DNA from: a virus
Taxonomy: Duplodnaviria > Caudoviricetes
Virus record (IMG/VR): IMGVR_UViG_3300023174_000219
Location: 1-53,638 of that record
Reading direction: 5' to 3' (one strand)
Length of the DNA stretch: 53,638 nt
Of the stretch, positions 7,676 through 15,922 are shown piece after piece. Positions within the stretch are counted from its first letter, which is position 1, and every line of letters starts with the position of its first letter. The position numbers and the translations under genes are program-made. The notes under the pieces are model-generated. The model saw only the letters and a list, made by a program, of their open reading frames with translations. It did not search any database and was not told where the DNA came from.

Positions 7676-7677
7676 AG

Positions 7678-7890
7678 TTACATATTCTCTGATTCTGGAT
7701 AAGCATTTGATTCTGCACGGTTGCCCATGTCATATGAGCCTTCTGCATTAAATCCTGCGTTACCTTGTCTTGATACATCTTGTGCTGGAAATGCTGATCC
7801 AGGATTTGGAGAGTACTTTCCATCAATTGTGTTTGAGCCAGACTGTTCTCCAGTATTGGCAAATCCGTCTGTATTAATTCCGTTTGTCAT
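7678..7890 (-). CDS. 70-aa Gly/Asn/Ser-rich peptide with AFPAQDVSRQG motif
   Basis: AGGAG RBS, own promoter at 7948-7956. Confidence 0.75.
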   Translation of the reverse strand: MTNGINTDGFANTGEQSGSNTIDGKYSPNPGSAFPAQDVSRQGNAGFNAEGSYDMGNRAESNAYPESENM

Positions 7891-7916
7891 TTTATTACTC
7901 CTATAGGTTTGTTATT

Positions 7917-7956
7917 TAGATGGGTCTAGAAGTCCATCTATGAATCTATTATAGCA
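7917..7956 (-). promoter_or_regulatory. extended -10 promoter plus 5' leader hairpin
   Basis: TGCTATAAT (7956-7948) then TAGATGG-ACTTCTAGAC-CCATCTA hairpin. Confidence 0.7.
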
Positions 7957-7965
7957 TTTAGTTGA

Positions 7966-8088
7966 TTAGGATCTATAATGCTTATGCCAACATTCATCGC
8001 AAATATCTATGATTCCGCCCTCTGGTTTTGCTGCAATTCTAGTAGCTTTATTATTACAGCCACCCCATTCACATATATCAGCAAACAC
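7966..8088 (-). CDS. 40-aa zinc-finger peptide (not in ORF track)
   Basis: GTG overlapping upstream TAG; MFADICEWGGCNNKAT...DICDECWHKHYRS. Confidence 0.6.
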   Translation of the reverse strand: MFADICEWGGCNNKATRIAAKPEGGIIDICDECWHKHYRS

Positions 8089-8231
8089 TACTTAGATCCT
8101 TTGGCTTTTTGGCCACGATATCCTGTCTTCTTCTTATTCATTGACCCTGGCTTCTTGAATGCTGGACCGCTAGGCGTTGCAGCAATTCTTTGCTCTAATG
8201 CTTTTTTAATTTTGTCGTGGTGCTTGCCCAT
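8088..8231 (-). CDS. 47-aa highly basic peptide (not in ORF track)
   Basis: AAGGA RBS; MGKHHDKIKKALEQRIAATPSGPAFKKPGSMNKKKTGYRGQKAKGSK. Confidence 0.65.
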   Translation of the reverse strand: MGKHHDKIKKALEQRIAATPSGPAFKKPGSMNKKKTGYRGQKAKGSK

Positions 8232-8349
8232 GCTCTATCATCCTTAATATATATCTTATTACTTCGTGAGGCTTCCAATCTGGAGGCAACTCTAAATATC
8301 TAATTTCATCCGCTATCTTTTGTCTTACTAGATCTTGAACGTAATCCAT
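8206..8349 (-). CDS. 47-aa hypothetical protein, probably leaderless
   Basis: TGATAGAAT (8364-8356) 6 nt before ATG 8349; MDYVQDLVRQKIADEIRYLELPPDWKPHEVIRYIL. Confidence 0.55.
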   Translation of the reverse strand: MDYVQDLVRQKIADEIRYLELPPDWKPHEVIRYILRMIEHGQAPRQN

Positions 8350-8372
8350 TCCACAATTCTATCATTTAAATA

Positions 8373-8408
8373 TTAAAGGGGCAAGACCCTGAAGTCCTGC
8401 CCCTTTAA
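8373..8408 (-). terminator. intrinsic terminator after the surface-protein gene
   Basis: TTAAAGGGGCA...TGCCCCTTTAA inverted repeat. Confidence 0.75.
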
Positions 8409-8417
8409 TTAGAAGAT

Positions 8418-9434
8418 TTACTTCTTTAGTGTAACCTTTAGCTTAGGGAACTTGGCATTCCACTTTTTTGCTAGAGCGTTATACTCTGCTACATATGTAG
8501 CCTTTGCAAGGTCCGCTGCTGCCTTAGCTGTTGCTGCATCGGTCAACGCCTTTGCTGCTGCAGTTGCTGCTGCTGCCTTTGTTGCGTCATGTGCAGCCTT
8601 TTCTGCTGCAAGGGAAGCGTTTGCTGCTGCAAGCTGAGCTGATACAACCGCAAGTTCTGATGCTAGATCACGAACTACAATTGTTGCATTTACTGCACCA
8701 ACTGGTGCTGATAGACCAGTTACTGCTGATGCTACTGTTGCATATGCTGTAATAGCAACTGAACCTGAAGCAGGAAGTGTTAATGTCTGTTCCTTTGTTC
8801 CTAATGTTGCTACCGCTGAATCTGTTGTAAGCGCTGTTGCTGTTGCAACACCATTTGAAGATACCAAAGTGTTAATTGTTGCGCCACTCTTTAGGTTACC
8901 AAATACATCGTATCCTGATACCTTAAGGGTTGCTACTGTTCCTGCTGCGCCTGATGTAGGTGCATTTAGGATAATTGAGTTCAAAGCACCTGCTGTGCCC
9001 TGTACGTAATATGTAGTTGTGTTTCCACCAACAGTAACTGCTACTGTTCCTACTGCAGTAGTTTTAGTATATACATAAAACTCCGCTGTTGTTCCTGTTC
9101 CAACATTAATTGTTAGAGACGATGATCCGCTTGAAGCGGTTACTGGAGCAGTTGATGTTGCAAGTGCTGGAACAATAGTTGCATTTGTTGCAACTGCTGA
9201 AACAGCTGTTCCAGTGTCAACAGATGTGACAGCAATCTTCAATGCATCTGCTGCATCTACACTGTTGTCTGCTGGTACTGGGAGTGCTACAGGAGCTGTT
9301 GCTGCTGTACCACCTGTTGCTGCACTACCATTTACTGTAAGAGTAATGGTTGCCGCATTAGCTGCAGTTGATACAAGCATTGTGCTAGTCAGGGCTGCAG
9401 CGATGATTAGCGATACTTTCTTGAATGACTTCAT
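8418..9434 (-). CDS. secreted Ala/Thr-rich surface protein (Ig-like beta domains, C-terminal coiled coil)
   Basis: Signal peptide MKSFKKVSLIIAAALTSTMLVSTAANA; DVFGN Ig-like motif; Ala-rich helix ending YNALAKKWNAKFPK. Confidence 0.75.
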   Translation of the reverse strand: MKSFKKVSLIIAAALTSTMLVSTAANAATITLTVNGSAATGGTAATAPVALPVPADNSVDAADALKIAVTSVDTGTAVSAVATNATIVPALATSTAPVTASSGSSSLTINVGTGTTAEFYVYTKTTAVGTVAVTVGGNTTTYYVQGTAGALNSIILNAPTSGAAGTVATLKVSGYDVFGNLKSGATINTLVSSNGVATATALTTDSAVATLGTKEQTLTLPASGSVAITAYATVASAVTGLSAPVGAVNATIVVRDLASELAVVSAQLAAANASLAAEKAAHDATKAAAATAAAKALTDAATAKAAADLAKATYVAEYNALAKKWNAKFPKLKVTLKK

Positions 9435-9535
9435 TCTATTTATTTCTCCTTAAATTAATCTGCCTCTTTAAGAGCACAGAAGTTTGTGACATGTTCACAC
9501 TATGTAAGACGCTTTTGTAATTAAAATGTCGCTGT

Positions 9536-9736
9536 CTAATGTAACATATTTATTCTTACTTGAAATGAACACGGATCTCCGCCCTCATCCCATTCTTGCA
9601 TTTCTTCTTCGTCCATTGGCGGACCATCATGAGTATTGCAAAATACATCTGATATCCATCCACGATCAAAACCATTCTTAAGCCAAATATCAAACTCTAA
9701 AGCATTAGAGTCCGTGGCATCAAAATCTATAACCAT
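9536..9736 (-). CDS. acidic hypothetical protein
   Basis: CNTHDG...GGDPC motif, 66 aa. Confidence 0.7.
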   Translation of the reverse strand: MVIDFDATDSNALEFDIWLKNGFDRGWISDVFCNTHDGPPMDEEEMQEWDEGGDPCSFQVRINMLH

Positions 9737-10029
9737 TCTTCTAACTCCTTAAGCATTAAATGCTTTGGTTTAGCTCCAATTATAGTTTTAACTGGTTGAC
9801 CATCCTTAAATAATACCATAGTTGGTATAGAAGATACTGAGAATTCAAGAGGTTTTCCTGTATTCTCATCAACATTTAACTTACCAACCAGTAGGCCAGT
9901 CTCATTTGAAATTTCATCTAAAATTGGTGAAATCTTTTTACATGGACCACACCATTCAGCCCAAAAATCTATCAAGACTATGTTATTATTTTTAATTGTT
10001 TCATCGAATGTGCTATCTGTGACTATCAT
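9727..10029 (-). CDS. trxA: thioredoxin
   Basis: DFWAEWCGPCK active site, SIPT cis-Pro, FKDG. Confidence 0.95.
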   Translation of the reverse strand: MIVTDSTFDETIKNNNIVLIDFWAEWCGPCKKISPILDEISNETGLLVGKLNVDENTGKPLEFSVSSIPTMVLFKDGQPVKTIIGAKPKHLMLKELEEWL

Positions 10030-10499
10030 TATGCCTCCACATGTGTAGGCCAGAAATAGTTACAGGCCTCGCAGCAAGTATATCCCATGTCCTTATAGTC
10101 TGCATAATCACTATAGAAATAATAGTGGTCAGGATCCTTTTCAAACAATCTTCCCTTATGAGTATAGTGCAACTGATGATTATTTAACCACCATGGAGCA
10201 TCTGTCTCAAGACCTAGAAAGTTTTCTTTAAATATCTCATCAAACTGAATATGCGTGGTATTTTTATAACCACGTAGGACTATATCACGAATGATGGCTT
10301 CATTGTATAGGAACAACCAATCTTCATGTCCCCGCCACATTTTAACTGCTGGGTGATTACGCCATGCGCCTGTCTCTCCGTACAGTCCAGCTAATGATTT
10401 AAGTATTTGTAGGTTCTCTACACTTTGTTTAATTAAACGCTTACGATCAAGGTTACGTGCAGTTTCTTGAAAGTCCGCCTCTGGTAAGAATGTTTGCAT
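10029..10499 (-). CDS. pyrimidine-dimer DNA glycosylase-like protein (MSMEG_6728/endonuclease V family)
   Basis: MQTFLP...LDRKRLIKQ.VE..QI...HPAVKMWRG; start at MQTFLP 10499. Confidence 0.8.
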   Translation of the reverse strand: MQTFLPEADFQETARNLDRKRLIKQSVENLQILKSLAGLYGETGAWRNHPAVKMWRGHEDWLFLYNEAIIRDIVLRGYKNTTHIQFDEIFKENFLGLETDAPWWLNNHQLHYTHKGRLFEKDPDHYYFYSDYADYKDMGYTCCEACNYFWPTHVEA

Positions 10500-10549
10500 G
10501 TTATCTATTCTACTAAATATGAGAAGATTGGTCAATACCAATCTAATAA

Positions 10550-10759
10550 TTATTTATCTTTAAGTTCGTCTGCTGCTGAATTAAACCTATTCATAAAATT
10601 TTGAATTACAAATATGGTTGTTTCATGAGCATTTTTAGATAATGCCTGAAACGCTAAATCGTTTCTTTCATTTTCTGGCACTGCTGCCGACCATTTGTTG
10701 TAAAGATCTGTTGCAACTTCTTCAATGATAGACTCTAAAACCGTCATCTGTTTATCCAT
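10550..10759 (-). CDS. hypothetical protein
   Basis: AAGGAG RBS, 69 aa. Confidence 0.7.
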   Translation of the reverse strand: MDKQMTVLESIIEEVATDLYNKWSAAVPENERNDLAFQALSKNAHETTIFVIQNFMNRFNSAADELKDK

Positions 10760-11675
10760 TTATAGCTCCTTGTAGATTAATTAGCTTACCAGTATTTGAT
10801 TTGCTATTTACTGTTACTGATGTTTTTGAAACTAATGAGTATATATCATTCAAAGACATGGTAGGCTTTGCCTGCTTAATGGCAATCCACTGAGATGCTG
10901 CTACCTGAGTAGATACCGATGTACCAGAAGCATTTTTAGTGGTACCGCCTGGTAAAAATACCTTCATGGCACCATTTGCATAAAAATCTAAAAGAGCATT
11001 ATCACCATTTGAATATAACTCAATGCCATATTTAGTTGCAGCACCAATAGAAATAGATTCTGGGATGCATGAAGGCCAATCAATTCTTGTATAATCTCTA
11101 TTGTTTCCTGCTGCAAAAAATGCTGGGATATTAGAAACAGCAAGAGACTGAATCAGTCCTTTAGTTTTAGGCGTAATTGGGCAGTAATCTTTATATAATG
11201 ATAACTCATGGTGACCCTGAGACATTGAAACAGCTTGAATGTTAAATCGATCTTTATTGTCTGAGACCCATTTTAATGCATTAATTACAGTATCTTCATA
11301 AGAGATTTGTCTGTCACCATTAATATTTTGTCCAATAATACGTATAAATACAATCTTCATATTTGGATTAGACTGTACTGCTACTGATGCCATTTGAGTT
11401 CCATGATCAAACCCGCCCTTGGAATACATTTCTTTTTTTAGGGTTGCGGATCCTGGACCCTCCATAAAAGTCTGACCATTTGGACATGAAGCCCATTCAA
11501 GAATGCAAACTTCATAAGCAATCTTGTCTTTAAAAATAGGTAAAGATGTGTCTAGAGCCGTATCAAGTATGGCAAGCGTGGGTAGGTCTGTTGTTTGATT
11601 TTTAAGGGCAGCATTAGCTGTTGTAGGTATTAGTAGTGTTAGGGCAATTAAGGCCGCTGTTATTTTTTTATTCAT
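10752..11675 (-). CDS. secreted subtilisin-like serine protease (S8)
   Basis: Signal peptide MNKKITAALIALTLLIPTTANA; catalytic motifs ILDTA, HGTQMA, AAGN, SGTS. Confidence 0.9.
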   Translation of the reverse strand: MNKKITAALIALTLLIPTTANAALKNQTTDLPTLAILDTALDTSLPIFKDKIAYEVCILEWASCPNGQTFMEGPGSATLKKEMYSKGGFDHGTQMASVAVQSNPNMKIVFIRIIGQNINGDRQISYEDTVINALKWVSDNKDRFNIQAVSMSQGHHELSLYKDYCPITPKTKGLIQSLAVSNIPAFFAAGNNRDYTRIDWPSCIPESISIGAATKYGIELYSNGDNALLDFYANGAMKVFLPGGTTKNASGTSVSTQVAASQWIAIKQAKPTMSLNDIYSLVSKTSVTVNSKSNTGKLINLQGAING

Positions 11676-11707
11676 ACAACCTATTCTACTAAATAGGTTG
11701 GGATACG

Positions 11708-11887
11708 TCAAGACTTATCTTTAAGATCTTTTAGTTTTTTTGCATACCATTTTCCAGCGTCCATCTCTGGTGCTTTTAGGCTTTCTTTGTCTAAAATAAG
11801 CCCAACGGATGCTCGCAGAATCTCAATTTCAAATTGAGTTCTAAGAAGTTCCATTTCAAGTAATCTGATTCTTTCTGACTTTCTCAT
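11708..11887 (-). CDS. 59-aa coiled-coil protein (not in ORF track)
   Basis: ATGA overlap; MRKSERIRLLEMELLRTQFEIEILR...GKWYAKKLKDLKDKS. Confidence 0.6.
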   Translation of the reverse strand: MRKSERIRLLEMELLRTQFEIEILRASVGLILDKESLKAPEMDAGKWYAKKLKDLKDKS

Positions 11888-12192
11888 TCCATTTTCTCTC
11901 TATCTACTGGGGTTGGAGCAGTTGCTAAATTTCCGCATTCTGCACACAACATGTCTAAGAAATATGTTGCTATTTCGTAGTCTTCAAAAACTGTTCTGAC
12001 ATACCATTGGCTTGAGCCACAGGTGCAGACATGCGTAGGTGTTCCACGAAGGTCTAGCGCTGTAGGTGCTTCGTCTTCACCTAGATCATTTTTATCAAAA
12101 ACAAGTAGCTCGTACTTGCTAAAGAAATTTCTGATCGCTCCAACTGATAACAAACCAAGAAGGAGGGCAGCTAATCTATTTAGCCACTTCAT
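11884..12192 (-). CDS. membrane-anchored zinc-ribbon protein
   Basis: N-terminal TM; DLRGTPTHVCTCG...CAECG. Confidence 0.7.
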   Translation of the reverse strand: MKWLNRLAALLLGLLSVGAIRNFFSKYELLVFDKNDLGEDEAPTALDLRGTPTHVCTCGSSQWYVRTVFEDYEIATYFLDMLCAECGNLATAPTPVDREKME

Positions 12193-12206
12193 GTATCTAT
12201 TATACT

Positions 12207-12764
12207 CTATACCTGAATGTATGTAAAGGGAGGCGCAACGCTCATAGAAAATTCTGCTGCAGCCTCTAAAGCTGCTTTTATTCTTAACTTAGGGTTTTTT
12301 TGATTCTTTGTTGTGTGTAAAGAGCCTAGCGCAAAGAATGCTCCACTTCCCTCTGCCATGTAGTTAACTATATTTTCTCCGACATGGAAGTCTTCATCTA
12401 TTGTAAAGATTCTACCCTCTAGTCCAACTATGAATACTCCGCCTGAATCCTCATCAGAATTCTGCCCTATTGCTCCATACCCACCGTCTTTAAATGCAGA
12501 TTTAACTGAATCAATAAACTTAGTTCTCATAAACTTATCTAAGCCAGAATTGGTTTTAGTTGGAGTATATTTTGGAGGTGTCCAAGAGTACTGAAGGATT
12601 TGTCCCATGCGAAATGAATCAGTAAATGCAACAGCATACTGACCAACTTTAAAACATTTTGGTTCTTTTCTGGACAATATCCATCCGCTTTTGTCGTCTG
12701 ATGCAGCATGATCTGAACCCATATAAACGGTCCCGTTTTGAGCAATAGCAACTATGCAGGTCAT
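12207..12764 (-). CDS. proteasome beta/HslV-like Ntn peptidase
   Basis: N-terminal MTCIVAI (Thr nucleophile), GSD...K, GSGA, KAALEAA...SVAPPF. Confidence 0.85.
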   Translation of the reverse strand: MTCIVAIAQNGTVYMGSDHAASDDKSGWILSRKEPKCFKVGQYAVAFTDSFRMGQILQYSWTPPKYTPTKTNSGLDKFMRTKFIDSVKSAFKDGGYGAIGQNSDEDSGGVFIVGLEGRIFTIDEDFHVGENIVNYMAEGSGAFFALGSLHTTKNQKNPKLRIKAALEAAAEFSMSVAPPFTYIQV

Positions 12765-12796
12765 AATACTAGTATACTATTTTTAAATTCGAAGGG

Positions 12797-13111
12797 CTAG
12801 TCTATTTTTGAGTTAAATTCCATATCAATTAATGATAATTTAATTAAAGTTTCCTCAAGCTCAGACTTTACGCTTATTAGTTCCTGTATGGCAGAATAAT
12901 ATTTATCTTTCCATTCAGTAAGATCTCTTTCAACTTGATATAATTGAATTTTTAGATCTTTTAATTCCATCTTAAGATGGTCCTGCTCACGCTCACGCTG
13001 GCGAGTTTTTTCATTTTTATTTTCTTTTATGCCAGCAATTATTGCCGTACCCATGCCAGATAATACGGCTGCAGAAATAGCAATAATAATAGAGGTATAA
13101 TCTAAACTCAT
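12797..13111 (-). CDS. single-TM coiled-coil membrane protein
   Basis: IIIAISAAVLSGMGTAIIAG then heptad repeats. Confidence 0.7.
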   Translation of the reverse strand: MSLDYTSIIIAISAAVLSGMGTAIIAGIKENKNEKTRQREREQDHLKMELKDLKIQLYQVERDLTEWKDKYYSAIQELISVKSELEETLIKLSLIDMEFNSKID

Positions 13112-13139
13112 AATAGTTTAATTATACCGTGAAATAGTA

Positions 13140-13376
13140 CTAAATTAACAGCTCAGATGCAGCAATCTCATTGCCAATATATTTCTTTTTCAATACAAAT
13201 TCTCTAACATGCTCTGGGCCCATAGATCTTCCTGCTAATATAACAACCCATCGTGGCTCAATTTTAGAAGTTATGCATGTCTCGCACATAAGCAAATTAA
13301 TCGGCAATAAGCTGGACTTTTTTACGTTAAGCTTATTCTTAGACTTATTACAAGAATAGCACAATATTTTTTCCAT
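13140..13376 (-). CDS. zinc-finger protein
   Basis: CYSC...CETC. Confidence 0.7.
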   Translation of the reverse strand: MEKILCYSCNKSKNKLNVKKSSLLPINLLMCETCITSKIEPRWVVILAGRSMGPEHVREFVLKKKYIGNEIAASELLI

Positions 13377-13573
13377 TATTTTTCTTCCTCAGCGTGTTCA
13401 AATACGATTTCGTCAACTATGGCGAATTCGTCGTTCTCAATCATTTCTTTATAATCAATACCATCTTTAGTATATTTTACCACAGATGCATAAGTTCCCA
13501 TTTTTTCTATTGTTCCATATACACGAAGATCGTGTATGTATACAACATTGATAATCTCATAGTACTCTTTCAC
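13376..13573 (-). CDS. hypothetical protein
   Basis: probable GTG start 13573; coupled to downstream gene. Confidence 0.6.
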   Translation of the reverse strand: MKEYYEIINVVYIHDLRVYGTIEKMGTYASVVKYTKDGIDYKEMIENDEFAIVDEIVFEHAEEEK

Positions 13574-13877
13574 TTGGCACCCCAACCAGTTCGCATCTTA
13601 CTCCAAACGATTCAATTACCTTCTTAACTTTTCCAACATAATCAATAACCATTTCCTTTTGAGTACCTTGGTACTGGATAAAGTTATCTTCATATAGCTT
13701 AATAGCTAAGAAATCTGGATATTTGGCAATATCCATTTGTAATCCCATGACTGGCGCTTTGATCTCTTTGATCTTCTTGGCCATCGCTTGACTATAAAAT
13801 ACTGGCTTGTTAGGTTCTCCTGTAAATTGATTAATGCCATACTTAAAATGCTTGTTGTCAAACATGCTAGATGCCAT
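13557..13877 (-). CDS. hypothetical protein
   Basis: AAGGAG RBS, 106 aa. Confidence 0.75.
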   Translation of the reverse strand: MASSMFDNKHFKYGINQFTGEPNKPVFYSQAMAKKIKEIKAPVMGLQMDIAKYPDFLAIKLYEDNFIQYQGTQKEMVIDYVGKVKKVIESFGVRCELVGVPSERVL

Positions 13878-14178
13878 TTTTTCTCCTTATTTTTTTCCAG
13901 GTTTCCTGTGTTTTATGAATATTCCTTGCTTTATCAATTGAACCTGCATTCAAGTATATCCCGCCCCAAATACCGTGTTCATTATTTTCAACTCCTGCTT
14001 CGTAGCACATTTTAGAAACTGGACAGCTCAAACAAGCCTCGTCTATGTTCTTTGCAATGTTTATATCTGACTCATACTTTTCGTAAAATAAATTTGTATC
14101 CATACCACGACATATTGCTAAGTGGTACCAATCAAAATCGTCTTCGTCTACGCCTAGATCATTTAAAATGCTTGACAT
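13867..14178 (-). CDS. whiB: WhiB family transcriptional regulator
   Basis: W...AIC.G.D..LF...CLSCPVSKMC...GIWGG: four Cys plus G[IV]WGG. Confidence 0.92.
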   Translation of the reverse strand: MSSILNDLGVDEDDFDWYHLAICRGMDTNLFYEKYESDINIAKNIDEACLSCPVSKMCYEAGVENNEHGIWGGIYLNAGSIDKARNIHKTQETWKKIRRKNGI

Positions 14179-14392
14179 ATTTTGTCGGTAACTTCCAAAT
14201 TCCTTCGTCGCTTACAGATATTCTTTCTGCAATCCCCCAAGTATCTTTTCTAAATAAACCTTTTATATTAGTAAATCCGTTATGATCTTTTTTCCAAATC
14301 ATTAAGTCATAGTTATCCCAGTATGAATCTTGATTTTTATTCTTAGATCTTTCTATAAAAACTTCTACACCTTTTAGTGTAAGATTAAGCAC
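14159..14392 (-). CDS. hypothetical protein
   Basis: 77 aa, Trp-rich. Confidence 0.7.
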   Translation of the reverse strand: MLNLTLKGVEVFIERSKNKNQDSYWDNYDLMIWKKDHNGFTNIKGLFRKDTWGIAERISVSDEGIWKLPTKYVKHFK

Positions 14393-14426
14393 TTTGTTTC
14401 CTATCTAGTAAGTCCGCCTAGATTTG

Positions 14427-14499
14427 CTGGCCCACTAGGATTCGAACCTAGGACCTAGAAGTTAACAGCTTCCCGCTCTGCCTGCTGAGCTATGGGCCA
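14427..14499 (-). tRNA. tRNA-Asn(GTT)
   Basis: TGGCCCA/TGGGCCA acceptor, TAGCTCAG D arm, CTGTTAA anticodon loop, GGTTCGAATCC T arm; CCA not encoded. Confidence 0.95.
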
Positions 14500-14527
14500 A
14501 AAGCAGAAACCGCAGTCTCTATGTATT

Positions 14528-14557
14528 ATTATACAGTAAAAACTACGGCCCTGTCAA
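14528..14557 (-). promoter_or_regulatory. promoter for tRNA-Asn/whiB run
   Basis: TTGACA(14557-14552)-N18-TATAAT(14533-14528). Confidence 0.75.
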
Positions 14558-14564
14558 CGATTAT

Positions 14565-15200
14565 TTAGTACTTCTTTTTTGTAAAAATTCCATCCCATAT
14601 TGATTTATTTACAGACTTTTCAACAGGAACACAATTAGGAACCATTCTGCCATCCTTTTCCTTCATACCACGTTGAGTATATCCAGTCCAGCATTTCTGC
14701 ATTTCGTTATCCCATTTATCTTCGTCTTCATTTTCTGATTTATAAATTTCTTTTTCATTATCCATTTTTTCAACCAAATCATCTTCAATTTCTATTTCAT
14801 TAGTAATTGGATCAATGGCGTCTTCTAAAATAGATTTAATTTCTTCTACAATTTCGTTGCTTTTTATCATTTTTTCAGCATTCTTCTCTCTTTGAACAAT
14901 TTTTCTGGACCATGAGAATCCTGCATCGCCACCCCATGCAAGCCACATAATCTTTCCGTTAGATGGATTTTCTGCGTTATCCCAGTCTTTACCCTTTTTA
15001 TCTACTTCATGACGTGAAAAAAAAGAATACATTCTTTTTACTGTATCAAGGCTTAGTGTTTCACCTCTAGCAAGTTGCCCAGCCCTTGTCCAACCAACAG
15101 CAGTTCCTGCGCCTTTAGCCTTACCCTGCTCTTTTAATTTAAGAGCTCTACGTGCAGCAGATTGCATGCCCGATGTTGGTTTATATCCATCTTTAGCCAT
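14565..15200 (-). CDS. conserved phage protein with C-terminal CWxGY...VPNCVP module
   Basis: GGAG RBS before ATG 15200; GTAVGWTRAGQLARG...TVKRMYSFFSRH...WLAWGGDAG domain. Confidence 0.75.
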   Translation of the reverse strand: MAKDGYKPTSGMQSAARRALKLKEQGKAKGAGTAVGWTRAGQLARGETLSLDTVKRMYSFFSRHEVDKKGKDWDNAENPSNGKIMWLAWGGDAGFSWSRKIVQREKNAEKMIKSNEIVEEIKSILEDAIDPITNEIEIEDDLVEKMDNEKEIYKSENEDEDKWDNEMQKCWTGYTQRGMKEKDGRMVPNCVPVEKSVNKSIWDGIFTKKKY

Positions 15201-15201
15201 A

Positions 15202-15345
15202 TTACTTCTCCAAAATCTTGACGATATTAACGTGCTTAATTTCGTCATCAATATTAAATATGTCTCCTACGTAGTCTCTAGCATCAGCCTCATTAAAAGC
15301 TTCTACTTCAACCTCAACACTTAATTTAACTTTGTAGGTATTCAT
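15202..15345 (-). CDS. 47-aa hypothetical protein, probably leaderless (not in ORF track)
   Basis: TGATATACT 6 nt upstream; MNTYKVKLSVEVEVEAFNEADARDYVGDIFNIDDEIKHVNIVKILEK. Confidence 0.65.
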   Translation of the reverse strand: MNTYKVKLSVEVEVEAFNEADARDYVGDIFNIDDEIKHVNIVKILEK

Positions 15346-15371
15346 ATAACTAGTATATCATTTTCTTGACT

Positions 15372-15722
15372 TTAATTATAGTTTGGGTCATCTTCAGGCG
15401 ATACTTGTGTAATTGTACCTGAATTTGCTGAAATTAATATATCTTGTCCAGACTGCTTAGCCTCAACCTTAAGGTCTGCTTCGCTCTTAGCCTTTGTGTC
15501 TACTGATGCAAATGCTGCATTAATTTCATCTAGATCCAACTTGCCATCGTTCATAAATCCACGAGCAAGTTTTTCTACAACAGCCGCAACTGCCGTTAGT
15601 CCAGCCACAGTTACTGCTTTTACTACTGAGATACCAGCAACTGCGCCAGCACCTATTACTCCCAAACCGCTAGCTGCAAACACAGCAACAATTCTCAATA
15701 AAATATTTCCAATTGATTTCAT
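15372..15722 (-). CDS. holin-like membrane protein (2 TM)
   Basis: RIVAVFAASGLGVIGAGAVAG / AVTVAGLTAVAAVVE then DGKLDLDEINAAF EF-hand-like loop. Confidence 0.6.
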   Translation of the reverse strand: MKSIGNILLRIVAVFAASGLGVIGAGAVAGISVVKAVTVAGLTAVAAVVEKLARGFMNDGKLDLDEINAAFASVDTKAKSEADLKVEAKQSGQDILISANSGTITQVSPEDDPNYN

Positions 15723-15724
15723 AT

Positions 15725-15922
15725 TTATTCCTCCCCGCTAAAATCTTTTATTCTGTTACGAATAATCCATACGATAAAACCTATCATTATGACTTTTCCA
15801 ATAACTACCTTTGCTGACCCTGTAAGAACTAGCCATCCAGCAAATAGACCGATTAGCGTGTATATCTCATCAATTATATCAGAGATAGTTCCCTTGATAA
15901 TTCTCCAAAGATTGTTAATCAT
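15725..15922 (-). CDS. small 2-TM membrane protein
   Basis: YTLIGLFAGWLVLTGSAKVVIGKVIMIGFIVWII. Confidence 0.7.
   Translation of the reverse strand: MINNLWRIIKGTISDIIDEIYTLIGLFAGWLVLTGSAKVVIGKVIMIGFIVWIIRNRIKDFSGEE

Noticed and set aside
7336-7890. Pup (prokaryotic ubiquitin-like protein) homologs
   Set aside because: Size and disorder fit, but none ends in GGE/GGQ and no PafA/Dop gene is present.
9485-9499. CRP/GlxR or Rex site
   Set aside because: TGTGA-TCACA spacer is 5 nt, not the canonical 6; kept only as an unexplained palindrome.
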